Source: a virus (lineage: Duplodnaviria > Caudoviricetes). From it: DNA of 35,862 bases. The notes beneath the pieces are model-generated. The model searched no databases. It saw only the letters and a program-made list of their open reading frames with translations, and was not told the origin of the DNA. Positions 23,909 through 33,041 of the stretch are shown here, one piece after another. A program made the position numbers and the translations under genes. The stretch spans positions 1 through 35,862 of IMG/VR virus record IMGVR_UViG_3300021437_000271; one strand, 5' to 3'. Numbering within the stretch: position 1 is the first letter of the stretch; each line of letters opens with the position of its first letter.

Positions 23909-26248
23909 TTACTCGCTGGCTACCTGGGCCGCGCTGACCTGCGCGGCTTGCAGCGTGGTGGCGGCGGCAATCTCGGCAACTTCGATCTTGGCCGCGTTGT
24001 CGAGTCGCTTCATGAGTAAGTCGAACTGCTGTTGCTGGGTCATGGCCTGCTGCGCCAAGTGCGCCTTGAACAGCTCGGTCTGCTGCTGCATGTGCGATTC
24101 CATCGCGGCGCGCTGGGCTTCGAGCTGGTTTTGCTGGTGCGCTTGCTCAGCCTGCGCCGCCTGTTCGGCTTGAGAAGCCTGGGCGTCAGCCTGGGCTCGC
24201 TGTTGCTCTCCCCATGCCTTTGCTTGTGCCTTGCCCATCTCGGCCTGAGCCGATGCCTGCGCCTTGCCAGCGGCCTGCTGCGCCTCGATCTGCCCTTGCA
24301 ACTGGATGTTCTGAGCGTCCACCTTGCCCTGCGCCATGATCTTCTGGATCTCGATCGGCGGCTGCGGTGGCGGTGGGTTTGCGGCGGCCTTCTTCATCTC
24401 ATCGATGGCATGTTCGAGCTCGCCTTCGAGCTGGCGGCCGATCTTGAAACGCCGACTGACAAACAGCAACACCTCACCGATCAGCGGGCCGAGCTGCGGC
24501 GCCTTCGCCACCATTTCGCCAGATTGGCTGATCAGGCCGCCGATGGTCTTGGCGTACTCCAAGGCACCAGTCTTCTCAGACTCTTCATCCACCCTGATCG
24601 TGCTGTCGGTTTCGATGTCGATGCGGAAGCTGCGCAGGGCATCGTCATGCAGCAACCCGATCACCTCCTCCCACGTCGGCGAGGTCAGGCGCATTTCCAT
24701 GGCCTCATCGGGGAGCGGTACGGGTTGAGACGGCTGCGGCGGCATCCCTGGCGCGGCCTGCGGCATCGGCTGGGGGGAAGCGCCAGAGAAGTGCGCCACA
24801 GCAGCTTGCTTTTCAGCCGCCGTGTCGAACATCTGCATCCCGCTCATGCGCTTCAGCGTCTCGGGCTGGAAGTGCTCGCTGATGATCTCGACAGCGATCT
24901 GGATCGTGTCGCGCAAGAAGTACTGCACGTCCTTGCGACGCTTGCTGAACCGAGTGCTGGCGAACTGGCTCTTGAGGCTCTGGGCAGTGGCTGTCTCATC
25001 CGCATCGGTGTCGCCACGCATGATGTCCGACAGGCCGGTGATCTCGTACATGTCACGCTTCGTGTGCTCGCGTGCCTCATACATGCGCAGCAGAGCGTCG
25101 GCGATTTCCTTCAGGGGCAGCATCTCGATCGCCCCCTTCAGGCCGCCCTTTTCGGCGAAGACCGACCAGGAATCGACCGGAATCAAGGTGTTCTCGACGC
25201 CTTCGTTCAGAATGCGTTGCAGCGCTGGCGCGCTGGCATCAAAGCAGCCGGCCACCTTCAGGGACTTGGTGACCATCGAGATGCGTGCGGTCAGCTCGTC
25301 CAGGTCATTGAGCTGATCCTGGTACATCGCGAAGTCAGGGATGGGCTCCAGGCTGTCATTCGTGAGGGTAGCGAACAGCGGGCGCGGGCACGGGAAGAAC
25401 TTTCGCAGGTGCAGCGGGTCTGGCCGCCGGTCGAGCTCATCCGGGTAGTCCTTGCAGATCCACACCGCCTCGCGCTTGGTGCGGTCCCAGATCTCATAAA
25501 CCACCGCCTTGCGCTCGCGCTCGGCGTCGTCCTTGGTATGCTCTTCCGGCGTGTGGTTCAGTGGCACCTTCTCACCGATCTCAGCGCCAAATCGGCTCAC
25601 AAGCTCGTCTCGGTCCAAGAAAACACGGCGCCACACGGCCCGGACCTCTTCCCACGTGCGCGCCTGGGTGTGGCCGAAATCCTTGCGGTGCACGTAGTCG
25701 ATCGGCACCTCCTCGAATTCAATATCCTGCGGCCGGTCGGCCTGCTCGGCGTCATCCGTCAGCTCTCCGACTGGCTCACCTGGTCCGGCCTCATCATCTG
25801 GCGCCAGCTCAGCGCTTTCAATGTCCCTGAACGTCGGCTGATACCGCACCCACAGCGTGGCGCGCGCGAACAGCAGGTAGTCCAGAACCGCTTGCTCAAT
25901 GATCGGATGCGCATCCTGGCTGCTCAGCGCGAAGCTGGCACAGCGCTGCAGAAGCTCGGCACAAGCACGGCCAACCGGATCAGCGTCCTTGAAGCGGCGA
26001 TCGATCTCCGGCTTTGGCGTCTGGGCATAGATGGCCGGAAGTTGGGTCTGGATGTTCGACCAGAACGCATTCAGGCGCTTGCTGTTCGTCTCGGTGACTC
26101 CGCCACGCTTGTCAGCGTAGCGCTTCGTGATCTTGTCGCAGCGCTCATTCCATGCATCCATGCGGTGGTTGTACTGGTCGATTTCATAAGACCATTTCGC
26201 CACCAGCTTGGACTTCTGGCTGCCGGTATCGATCACCGGATCAGACAT
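23909..26248 (-). CDS. portal protein
   Basis: 779 aa after the terminase; N.FWSN...LPA.Y..TP, FFPCP.PL, YEITG.SDI.RG, ETATAQ..K, FRIDIETDST; Gln/Ala-rich barrel-like tail. Confidence 0.9.
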   Translation of the reverse strand: MSDPVIDTGSQKSKLVAKWSYEIDQYNHRMDAWNERCDKITKRYADKRGGVTETNSKRLNAFWSNIQTQLPAIYAQTPKPEIDRRFKDADPVGRACAELLQRCASFALSSQDAHPIIEQAVLDYLLFARATLWVRYQPTFRDIESAELAPDDEAGPGEPVGELTDDAEQADRPQDIEFEEVPIDYVHRKDFGHTQARTWEEVRAVWRRVFLDRDELVSRFGAEIGEKVPLNHTPEEHTKDDAERERKAVVYEIWDRTKREAVWICKDYPDELDRRPDPLHLRKFFPCPRPLFATLTNDSLEPIPDFAMYQDQLNDLDELTARISMVTKSLKVAGCFDASAPALQRILNEGVENTLIPVDSWSVFAEKGGLKGAIEMLPLKEIADALLRMYEAREHTKRDMYEITGLSDIMRGDTDADETATAQSLKSQFASTRFSKRRKDVQYFLRDTIQIAVEIISEHFQPETLKRMSGMQMFDTAAEKQAAVAHFSGASPQPMPQAAPGMPPQPSQPVPLPDEAMEMRLTSPTWEEVIGLLHDDALRSFRIDIETDSTIRVDEESEKTGALEYAKTIGGLISQSGEMVAKAPQLGPLIGEVLLFVSRRFKIGRQLEGELEHAIDEMKKAAANPPPPQPPIEIQKIMAQGKVDAQNIQLQGQIEAQQAAGKAQASAQAEMGKAQAKAWGEQQRAQADAQASQAEQAAQAEQAHQQNQLEAQRAAMESHMQQQTELFKAHLAQQAMTQQQQFDLLMKRLDNAAKIEVAEIAAATTLQAAQVSAAQVASE

Positions 26249-26510
26249 AGATCAGCGTCCCGGCTGCAGTAGTGAGCACCAGATTCAAGCCAGCGGAAAA
26301 CGCCACTGGAAACGGGTTCCACCCAGCATTGATCACCAGCGCGGTACCGATTGGTGCGCTGGTGCCGGTGGCCGCGTCGTCATAAAGCGAAGCGGTACCG
26401 GCCACACTCGCATAAAAGCCCAGCACTGCCCCTTGGCCGACCTTCACGTTTCCGCTGAAGCTGGCTGAGCAGACCTTTGGCTGACCAACAGGAAGGTTTC
26501 CGAGGCTCAT
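26241..26510 (-). CDS. small beta-rich hypothetical (virion-associated?) protein
   Basis: 89 aa between TerL and portal; G.VLGFY, LYD.A, GW..FP..F..GL. Confidence 0.65.
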   Translation of the reverse strand: MSLGNLPVGQPKVCSASFSGNVKVGQGAVLGFYASVAGTASLYDDAATGTSAPIGTALVINAGWNPFPVAFSAGLNLVLTTAAGTLIYV

Positions 26511-26511
26511 C

Positions 26512-27903
26512 TCAAATCCTTGGTGCGGGTGTGTGGCCAGGCTTTTCCGGCCACATCACCTCATCAAACTGCATCTCATCCAAGAAACGCGGCCGGTCCT
26601 TTTCAGGCGCTGGCGGCGGATCCTGCTCCATCATCTGGCAGCCGTAGCTAAAAGCATCGCCCGGGTGGCTGGCCCAGTCATGGGCTGGCTCCTTGCTCAT
26701 CGTGCGTGTCTCGGCGTCGTACTCGAAGTGCCAAGATTCCAGGCCGCTCACGCCGTCAGTGCAGGCAGCCTCGTCGAACACGCACTTCTCGACTACCCGC
26801 CGCGCCGCGTTGATTCGGTCGCTGATTTTGGTCTGAGGAACCACCTTGACCTTCTTCGGACCGAACTTGGCCAGGAAGCGCTCCATCGGGCTGTGCTTCG
26901 TAGCGAACGTCTTGTTGCGGGCGTCGTGAGGCAGCCAGATCTGGCCCAGCCTCATGCCGCGCGCCTGCATGTACTCGCACAGCTCATCGATCCAGTCGTC
27001 TGCATCCTTGCCGCTGGCGCCCAGGTACCCCACCAGACCGAATCCGTCGCGGCGTGGCTGCCAGAACCACCACGATGCGGTGTCCCTGAACCCCAGGTCG
27101 CTGCTGATGCACACCGGCGCGCCGTCGGGGTCAAACACGCCGCCGTCTGTCATGCGCCCGGCCAGGCGCGCCCGCGTCATCCAACGGCCCAGCACGGCCC
27201 CAAGGATCGCGGCGTCGAAGCTGACCATGTACTCCTGGTCGAACATCGCCTGCCCCATGTCGGGACCGAACTCATCGATGTAGGCCTGCAGCTCGATGGC
27301 CAGCTGCTCAACCGAGAAAACGCCTGTGTCATGCGCAGTCAGCCGCTGCGTGAACGCTCCAGCCTGTTTCTGCGCAGCCTCGAATGTCTGTTTTGCATGG
27401 TTCCGGCCGCGCGGCGTCGTGATGAACAGCTGCCAGCCGCCGTTTTCGGCCAAGATGGGCCGAAGGTAAGCGCGAGCCGCCGGGTTGCTCAGCGCCCATT
27501 CCGAATACACGATGCCGGCCGGCGTTGAGCCGACCAGGCTGTTGAAGTTGTCCGATCCGACTACCTGCCACGTCGAGCCGTTCAGAAACTCGATCGACAT
27601 CTCCTGCTCACGCGTCGTCTTGCGCAGCGCCAGCGGGAATGCCTCGTCGATCCGCTTTTTCCCGGTGTGCGGGTTGACTGCCGACCAGATCGCCTTGCGG
27701 GCCTGCGCCGCCTGAGGGAGCATGTGCCAGTAGCCGGCCACCCGTTTCATGGCCGCACAGGCGGCGTGGTGCAGGCAGATATCGTCCTTGCCAGCCCGTC
27801 GGTGCCACAGCAGTTCGGCGTGCTGTCCGCCTGACTGCAAATAACGCCAGGCCGGCAGCTGGTAATCCCGGGGCCGCCAGCCGTTCGGCAGATCAATTTC
27901 CAC
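26512..27903 (-). CDS. terL: terminase large subunit
   Basis: PR.YQ, HRRAGKD (Walker A), GIVYSE (Walker B variant), ITTPRG.NH, QEY..SF, DLG..D nuclease, HDWASH..DAF.Y; GTG start. Confidence 0.95.
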   Translation of the reverse strand: MEIDLPNGWRPRDYQLPAWRYLQSGGQHAELLWHRRAGKDDICLHHAACAAMKRVAGYWHMLPQAAQARKAIWSAVNPHTGKKRIDEAFPLALRKTTREQEMSIEFLNGSTWQVVGSDNFNSLVGSTPAGIVYSEWALSNPAARAYLRPILAENGGWQLFITTPRGRNHAKQTFEAAQKQAGAFTQRLTAHDTGVFSVEQLAIELQAYIDEFGPDMGQAMFDQEYMVSFDAAILGAVLGRWMTRARLAGRMTDGGVFDPDGAPVCISSDLGFRDTASWWFWQPRRDGFGLVGYLGASGKDADDWIDELCEYMQARGMRLGQIWLPHDARNKTFATKHSPMERFLAKFGPKKVKVVPQTKISDRINAARRVVEKCVFDEAACTDGVSGLESWHFEYDAETRTMSKEPAHDWASHPGDAFSYGCQMMEQDPPPAPEKDRPRFLDEMQFDEVMWPEKPGHTPAPRI

Positions 27904-27906
27904 CGG

Positions 27907-28350
27907 TCAAAACTGCTTGATGGTGACCGTGATGTTTCCGGTCTGCTCAACTTCCTGTTTATCACGCCACTTTTCAGGGCGTCGATTTTTCAGCCAAAAA
28001 ATTGCTGCTGTCGTGTCAGGTGGGTAAAACTTTCGGATTGGCGTCTTCACAATCACTCCATCAATTACCCGGATATCAACTTCATCATGCTCATATCCAA
28101 GAGCACGCGAATATAGGCTGCGCTCCACTCGCTCGTCAGATGCGACCTTGCCACTTTTTAGGGCATCGCAAAACTCTTCGTGCTCGTTCTTCCATCTATA
28201 GAGGGTAGCGATGTTGACTTCAAAGAAATCAGCGACCTCCCAATCTGTTGCGCCAAGCCTGCAAAGCTTTTCGGCTTGCTCGACAAACTCAGGGCGGTAT
28301 TTGGATGGTCTACCCACCCCCCGCGATTCCGATGACGATTCGTTGTTCAT
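27907..28350 (-). CDS. terS: terminase small subunit
   Basis: GRPSKY, LGAT..E.A.FF.V...T.Y.W HTH, PPDT.AAIFWLKNR.P..WRDK. Start reassigned to 28350. Confidence 0.9.
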   Translation of the reverse strand: MNNESSSESRGVGRPSKYRPEFVEQAEKLCRLGATDWEVADFFEVNIATLYRWKNEHEEFCDALKSGKVASDERVERSLYSRALGYEHDEVDIRVIDGVIVKTPIRKFYPPDTTAAIFWLKNRRPEKWRDKQEVEQTGNITVTIKQF

Positions 28351-28525
28351 GCTCTCGTGTTCCCATTGGGGTGGACACTGGGTCTGTTGCGCCAAAACGC
28401 GCCGTGTTCCAGCCACGCAGCCAGGCGCCCTGCTCTTCGCTCATTGCCGGGAATGGGCAGGCCGCTTGATCCTCGCCGCGCTGGAAAGCCTTCACCCCTT
28501 CGTGACGGGCTCGGAACAGATTCAT
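28310..28525 (-). CDS. Rmf/CrpP-fold small protein
   Basis: A..EG..AF..G.....CPF.......AW..GW pattern. Confidence 0.65.
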   Translation of the reverse strand: MNLFRARHEGVKAFQRGEDQAACPFPAMSEEQGAWLRGWNTARFGATDPVSTPMGTREHEQRIVIGIAGGG

Positions 28526-28529
28526 GGCT

Positions 28530-28564
28530 CAAAACAGAAAACCCGCCGGGCTTGCGCTGGGCAG
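28530..28564 (-). terminator. terminator preceding the late operon (tR'-like)
   Basis: Minus strand CTGCC-CA-GC-GCAA-GC-CC-GGCGG followed by GTTTTCTGTTTT. Confidence 0.55.
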
Positions 28565-28655
28565 ATCGAAATGTAGGGGCGAGCTTGTCCACCATGTGTG
28601 CCTCCATCATGTGGCGGATCACCCGGCACGGCCGGGACTCGCGGTGAATGGCGCG

Positions 28656-28684
28656 ATTCTATGCCTCGCGCAGGCTCCTCGCCA
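28656..28684 (-). promoter_or_regulatory. putative late promoter (pR'-like)
   Basis: TGGCGA-N17-TAGAAT overlapping the stop codon of the Q-like gene, ~120 nt upstream of a terminator. Confidence 0.45.
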
Positions 28685-29240
28685 TCTTGTCAACCAGATT
28701 CGATGCCTTGCGGTCCATTTCGACCAGCAATTCATCCGCCAGGCGCTGCTGGTCGGCGGCCTTGAGCCGTAGCGGCTTGGCCCTCCCACTGCCGTGGCAT
28801 GTCGTGCATACGTGCTGCGGCAGTCCGTATCCGCCGGTGACACCGCGACCAGTGCACGCGTCGCACCCCTGCCACAGCCAGTGCACAAGCGCTGCCGAGA
28901 CTGCGCTGGCGCGCTGCTCGACTGTCAGATCGGTGTGCAGCCGCACCGCCAGCCTGGCGGCGTGCAGCCCCAGCGCATCGCGTGCGGGCCGCAGCGTCTG
29001 CAGCCGCATCAGCACCAACACCTGAGCCGTGATGTCGTCAGCGGCCTGCTCGATCTCCTGCCGAGCCACCGAATCGGCTTCGGCTCGCAGCCTCACCAGC
29101 AGGTGGCCGAGCGACATCTGATCGCCCTGCGCCGCCCAGCCAGCCGATGCCAGCACATCAGACGCCCCTTGGTGCTCCAGCACCATGCCAAGGCTGGTTG
29201 CAGTCGTGGCGCGCGCGTGGCGCTCTTGGATTGTCGTCAT
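28659..29240 (-). CDS. late antiterminator Q-like protein
   Basis: WL...C..C.GRG...C..C.GSG zinc finger; last early gene before the late promoter and terminator. Confidence 0.7.
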   Translation of the reverse strand: MTTIQERHARATTATSLGMVLEHQGASDVLASAGWAAQGDQMSLGHLLVRLRAEADSVARQEIEQAADDITAQVLVLMRLQTLRPARDALGLHAARLAVRLHTDLTVEQRASAVSAALVHWLWQGCDACTGRGVTGGYGLPQHVCTTCHGSGRAKPLRLKAADQQRLADELLVEMDRKASNLVDKMARSLREA

Positions 29241-29542
29241 GCCAACTCCTCAATCTCGACCGTCACCCCAGGCTCTGCCGCATACCGCTTGCGCTGCACT
29301 CCCTCGCACACCTGAGCGTCATCGACCCAGCACACGCCATTCAGTCCGTCATAAATCGCCTTGATCACGTTGTCCTTGTCCGGCTTGCCTGCCATCGCCA
29401 ATGCACCATGCAGCCCGATCAGGCCCTCGTAATCGCACGTCTTGCCGGCGTGTAGAGGCGCAGATCCGCCAATCTTCGTGGCGCGCGGGCGGCCCTTGCC
29501 GATCGGCTGGCCGGGGACCACGAATCGAATGGGTGCACTCAT
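29237..29542 (-). pseudogene. rusA: RusA-like Holliday junction resolvase, internally deleted and locally frameshifted
   Basis: F.VPG.P.GKGRPR and KPD.DN..K...DGLNG..W.DD.QV are present, but the central strand/helix is absent (AMAG|KPD). LRLYTP is readable only in a shifted frame. Confidence 0.75.
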
Positions 29543-30036
29543 GCCGCAGACCTCCCCAGCTTCGCCATCTCGACGATGACTGCAGCCCCGATTGCCTCGC
29601 GAGCAGCGCCGCGTGTGTGAGCCCCGAACGAATCAGCAAACCGCTTCGCCAGGAACGGCAGCTCGCCCTCCTGTGCTCGGCAGATCGCACCCCACCCGCC
29701 GACATCGTCGAGCGCCTTGCGTGACTCCGCGTCGATCTCCGGCCGGCCGTAGGATCCCACGCGCCGCACCTCGTCGAGCAGCCTCGACCATGCCGAGACA
29801 GCGGCCTCGGTGCTGGTGCCGCGCAGGTGGCGGATCACGTCGGCTGGCATCGGCGCGAAGTGCCCTCGATCCGGATCGGTGGCATGCGCCGTCATGGCGG
29901 CGCGCACTGCGGCGAGCTCGAACGGGAGGCAGGCTTGCCACCAGACACCAACGCCGAACGGCGTGACGGGCCGACCGTAGAAGCCGAGCACGTCGGCGAG
30001 CAGTGCAGAAAACGCTTTGCGGTCCTGGTCGATCAT
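29539..30036 (-). CDS. DUF6475-like replication accessory protein (lambda P position)
   Basis: F..LL.....YG, W.....F....V..A...H..DP..G.F.P.PAD.I, AW......V..VG.Y, GGW..IC. Confidence 0.7.
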   Translation of the reverse strand: MIDQDRKAFSALLADVLGFYGRPVTPFGVGVWWQACLPFELAAVRAAMTAHATDPDRGHFAPMPADVIRHLRGTSTEAAVSAWSRLLDEVRRVGSYGRPEIDAESRKALDDVGGWGAICRAQEGELPFLAKRFADSFGAHTRGAAREAIGAAVIVEMAKLGRSAA

Positions 30037-30872
30037 GCGTGGCTCCCATTCGCCCATTCACGAGCAACCCGATGGTTCTCGTCTTCGATAGCGGCCTGTC
30101 GGTTGGCGGACTTCACTTTGGCCTTGAGGGCGGCCTGCAGCCATGGCACGGGCTGCAGTGGCCGCTCTTCGGCGCAGCGCTGCAGTGCATCGATCACGGC
30201 CAGGTCACCGTGGGTTTTCCGCTGCAGGCCGAGCATCGATCGGGCGTTTCGGTCGGTGACCCCGGCAGACGTGAGCAGGGGGACTCCGAGGCCGAAAACC
30301 ATGTCAACAGGCTCGACTTTGGCGGCTTCCGGCGGCGAAGCTGCCGCGACCGAAGGGAGCGTTGTATTTAATGTCTCGTCTCGTCTCGTCTCGTCAGCGG
30401 GGACGTCCGCGTCCTGTCCCTGTGGCGTCACCGTCTTGTCCCGTGGTACGTCCGCGTCCTGTCCCTGTGATTTTGACGTCTTTTGCATGCGCCATTTCGC
30501 CTTTCTGTCACGCTCTTTTCCGCGCTTGTCCCATGCAATCAGCGCCTGTTCGCATAGGACAGCGTGGTACAAACGGCCATCTGAGCACGGGGCAAACCCG
30601 CTCAACGCACGCTCCTTGACCTTCTTCCAGGTCTTCATGTCCCGCCCAAGATCTGCAAGTCGGCACAGGACAACATCGTCAGCTGGCAGACTGCCGGCCG
30701 GGACTTGGCACCAAGCCGCCCACCACAGGGTGACAGCGGCGCGCCATTCACCATCGCTCGCACCGGCGTTGAAGTCGCTGCTGAACAGCCTGGCGCCGAG
30801 CAGCGGCATGTATTCGAGGCCGCGCAGGTCGCACCCAGGTGGCGTGAGCGGATCGGGTAGCGTGTTGGTCAT
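30033..30872 (-). CDS. replication initiator (DUF1376/YdaU-like, lambda O position)
   Basis: LP.PL.P..CDLR...YMPL...RL..S, LW..AW.QVPA.SLP.DD..L..LA, CSDGRLYH; internal iterons. Confidence 0.8.
   Translation of the reverse strand: MTNTLPDPLTPPGCDLRGLEYMPLLGARLFSSDFNAGASDGEWRAAVTLWWAAWCQVPAGSLPADDVVLCRLADLGRDMKTWKKVKERALSGFAPCSDGRLYHAVLCEQALIAWDKRGKERDRKAKWRMQKTSKSQGQDADVPRDKTVTPQGQDADVPADETRRDETLNTTLPSVAAASPPEAAKVEPVDMVFGLGVPLLTSAGVTDRNARSMLGLQRKTHGDLAVIDALQRCAEERPLQPVPWLQAALKAKVKSANRQAAIEDENHRVAREWANGSHA
30373..30469. repeat. probable replication origin: iterons within the initiator gene
   Basis: Exact 22-bp direct repeat ACGTCCGCGTCCTGTCCCTGTG at 30403-30424 and 30448-30469, a degenerate copy at 30432-30445, and (GTCTC)4 at 30373-30395. 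Confidence 0.7.
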
Positions 30873-31309
30873 GGCGTCACCCCGCGCCAGATGAAATCGC
30901 CCTTATCCTCTCGGATGGTTGGCTCATGCCCAACGCAATGGCACTCGAATCCGCTCAGTTGATCAGCGACGGGACGCCAGAAGTTGCGCAAACGACCGCT
31001 TGGGACATGGTTGTCTTCGAGTGCGTCAGACAGGTCAAACTGCCCGAGCACCCACAGCGCATCAGCACTGCTGCAGCGCTGCCAATTGGCGCTCACGCTC
31101 AGGTGGTACTCGGGACCTAGATCAGGCTTGCCGGGCTCACGCGCCACTTCAACGGCGGACAGCACAAACAGTCCGTTCTCCCGGTGCCCCCATGCCTCGA
31201 TGGGGAAGCCCATCGCCGCGAGCTGTGGCGGGCACTGCCACTCACTGTTCCTGCGCCATCCACTGCCAGATGGCCTCTTGGGCTTGATGATGGACTGCAG
31301 ATCAGTCAT
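30869..31309 (-). CDS. hypothetical phage protein (EYHLSVS...EDNHVP motif)
   Basis: RBS-like GGGTGG and ATGA overlap; V.SAVE, YHLS.S, EDNH, RNFW motifs. Confidence 0.7.
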   Translation of the reverse strand: MTDLQSIIKPKRPSGSGWRRNSEWQCPPQLAAMGFPIEAWGHRENGLFVLSAVEVAREPGKPDLGPEYHLSVSANWQRCSSADALWVLGQFDLSDALEDNHVPSGRLRNFWRPVADQLSGFECHCVGHEPTIREDKGDFIWRGVTP

Positions 31310-31535
31310 GGCTGCCACCCTGCGTGTCACACGATTCATCCAGCAGCGCCACCTGTCTGCAGCGCTGGCCATTTGCCAGCACGCCGCCGACCACGTCGCC
31401 GCCACGACACAGGCCGGGGAAGCAAGGGCATGACCTGGATGCAGCGGGGCTGCGTGCCTCCGCCAGAGCCGCGCGAATCGCTGCGGTGTGGATGCTGATC
31501 TCGCGCTGTTCGAGCGCGGTGGATTGGTCGCTCAT
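31302..31535 (-). CDS. hypothetical Cys-containing protein
   Basis: RBS AAGGAGG before the ATG at 31535; CPC...CRGG....G....G.RCR. Confidence 0.55.
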   Translation of the reverse strand: MSDQSTALEQREISIHTAAIRAALAEARSPAASRSCPCFPGLCRGGDVVGGVLANGQRCRQVALLDESCDTQGGSHD

Positions 31536-31729
31536 GTGGCGGCCTCCTTTGATTTGATGTCGAGCGCGCGCAGCCGACGCGTGCATGCCGGGCACGTCGC
31601 CCAGCGGCCGGAGACGTGTGGCTCGGTGGTTGCATCGCCGCACAGGTCGCAGACCACCTCGGCGGCCGGATTGAGCTGCTGAGCCAGCGTGCGCGGCTCG
31701 CGGCGCGGTTTGTCCTGGCGGCGGCTCAT
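31532..31729 (-). CDS. small zinc-finger protein
   Basis: CDLC...CPAC; ATGA overlaps. Confidence 0.55.
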   Translation of the reverse strand: MSRRQDKPRREPRTLAQQLNPAAEVVCDLCGDATTEPHVSGRWATCPACTRRLRALDIKSKEAAT

Positions 31730-31929
31730 TTGTCACGCCTCTTGCCAATGCCGGCCACGCCAGCGGCACAGGCCCGCACATAGGGGTTTTCGGATTTCTG
31801 CAGCCGCTCGCGCGCTGCTGTGCTTGCGGCGCTCAGGCGAAAACCCTTGCGCTCGGCCACCAGCAGATCGGCTACCACGGGCTCGTACTGGGCGCCGAAC
31901 GGGCTCTCGGGATGGATGGGGTTGCTCAT
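31726..31929 (-). CDS. hypothetical protein
   Basis: 67 aa, RBS GAGGTG, ATGA overlaps. Confidence 0.55.
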   Translation of the reverse strand: MSNPIHPESPFGAQYEPVVADLLVAERKGFRLSAASTAARERLQKSENPYVRACAAGVAGIGKRRDK

Positions 31930-32426
31930 GCCGGCACCTCGATCCGCACCTGCGGGTTTTTGACCGCGTAGGCATAGGCCTCGGAGTGCAACCGGCGCGG
32001 CAATGCGCTGAGCGTCTGATCGCTGATCTCGGCCAGCATCAACAGCGCCTGACGTTCAATGCCGCTGCAGCCCACGCGCCTGGTCTCGCGGTATCGACTG
32101 ATCACGCCGTAGACAGCTGGGGCCACATCGCGTTCCAGCGTCTGCAGCACCGTGGCCAGCCCATCGGGCTCGGCCTGATGCCGGGCCGGCCGAGCAATTG
32201 CATCGCGTAGCATGTAGATCTGGACGACGGCGATGCACTCGACGGCGAGGATGTCCTCCAGCGTTCCGGTGGCGGTGATGACTGCATCGATGGACTGCCG
32301 GTCTCGCATCGCCAGGCGGCGCGACGTCTCCGGCGTGAGGCCGAACATTGGCGGGATCGGCAGTTGTTCGGGTCGGCTGCGGCTCGGTTTGTAGCGCGCA
32401 GCGGCGCGGCGCATTTCGCGGTTCAT
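31926..32426 (-). CDS. hypothetical helical phage protein
   Basis: MNREMRRAA... start at 32426 (RBS TGGAG); RY.ET.RVG.SG.E motif common in betaproteobacterial phage early genes. Confidence 0.65.
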   Translation of the reverse strand: MNREMRRAAARYKPSRSRPEQLPIPPMFGLTPETSRRLAMRDRQSIDAVITATGTLEDILAVECIAVVQIYMLRDAIARPARHQAEPDGLATVLQTLERDVAPAVYGVISRYRETRRVGCSGIERQALLMLAEISDQTLSALPRRLHSEAYAYAVKNPQVRIEVPA

Positions 32427-32695
32427 GCTGGAGCTCCATCTTCGGCACGCACCGGACAGGCGCCGTTGATCCACTGTTCGCGCGGCGGCGGCGTCATCCG
32501 GGCGCCAGGCAATGCCGGGTCGCCGCCGAGGATGCGTGGCCGGCAGTCGCTGACCCACTGCGCCAGATCGGCCTTGTGCTGGATGTGGCGCGGGCAGTCG
32601 GAGCAGTACAGATCGGTGTACGGCCGGCGTGTCAGCAGGTCGGTGAGGCCACGGCCTGGGCAGCGGGCGACATTGAGGGGGAGTGGGGTCATCAT
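32423..32695 (-). CDS. small Cys-rich protein (VARC.G...C..C.R...CP)
   Basis: RBS CAGGAG before ATGATG at 32695; frame stays open further upstream (alternative starts 32842, 33050). Confidence 0.55.
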   Translation of the reverse strand: MMTPLPLNVARCPGRGLTDLLTRRPYTDLYCSDCPRHIQHKADLAQWVSDCRPRILGGDPALPGARMTPPPREQWINGACPVRAEDGAPA

Positions 32696-32892
32696 TTCGA
32701 CTCCTGCGCAGCCAGTCGCGCCAGTCGCGCCGCTGTTGCACCACAGCTGGATGCTGCGCACGGATGCGTCGAGCAGCGCGGCGTCCTGGACGCTTGTCAG
32801 CGCCGGATCAGCAGGGTCTTGAGGTGTGATTGGCTTGGTCATGAGATACTCGCTTTGCGATGCAGTAACGCAGATGGGCAGATGCCCGACAG

Positions 32893-32925
32893 AAGCCCGC
32901 CGACTGGTACCCGGTGGGCTTTTTT
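32893..32925 (+). terminator. intrinsic terminator oriented antisense to the early operon
   Basis: AAGCCCGCCG...CGGTGGGCTT followed by a T-run. Confidence 0.6.
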
Positions 32926-33041
32926 CTTGGGTGAAAGAAAAGCCGGCAGCCATCCGTGATGGAGCGCCGCCGGCAAAACCTGCGGCCGGGGTCAGCATCG
33001 CAGGGGAGACAACGGGGTGGCGGCCCAGCGGCGTGCAGATG

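Noticed and set aside
24032-26272. 746-aa + strand ORF (also 18523-20277, 26533-27528, 33748-34707, 34978-35862 minus)
   Set aside because: Antisense shadows of real genes caused by high-GC codon bias; no RBS or protein motifs.
27490-27520. Inactive terminase because Walker B reads GIVYSE
   Set aside because: The catalytic Glu is retained and this variant is seen in related TerL proteins; all other motifs are intact.
28310-28525. CrpP-type ciprofloxacin resistance gene
   Set aside because: Only the generic Rmf/CrpP fold pattern is visible; nothing supports a resistance function.
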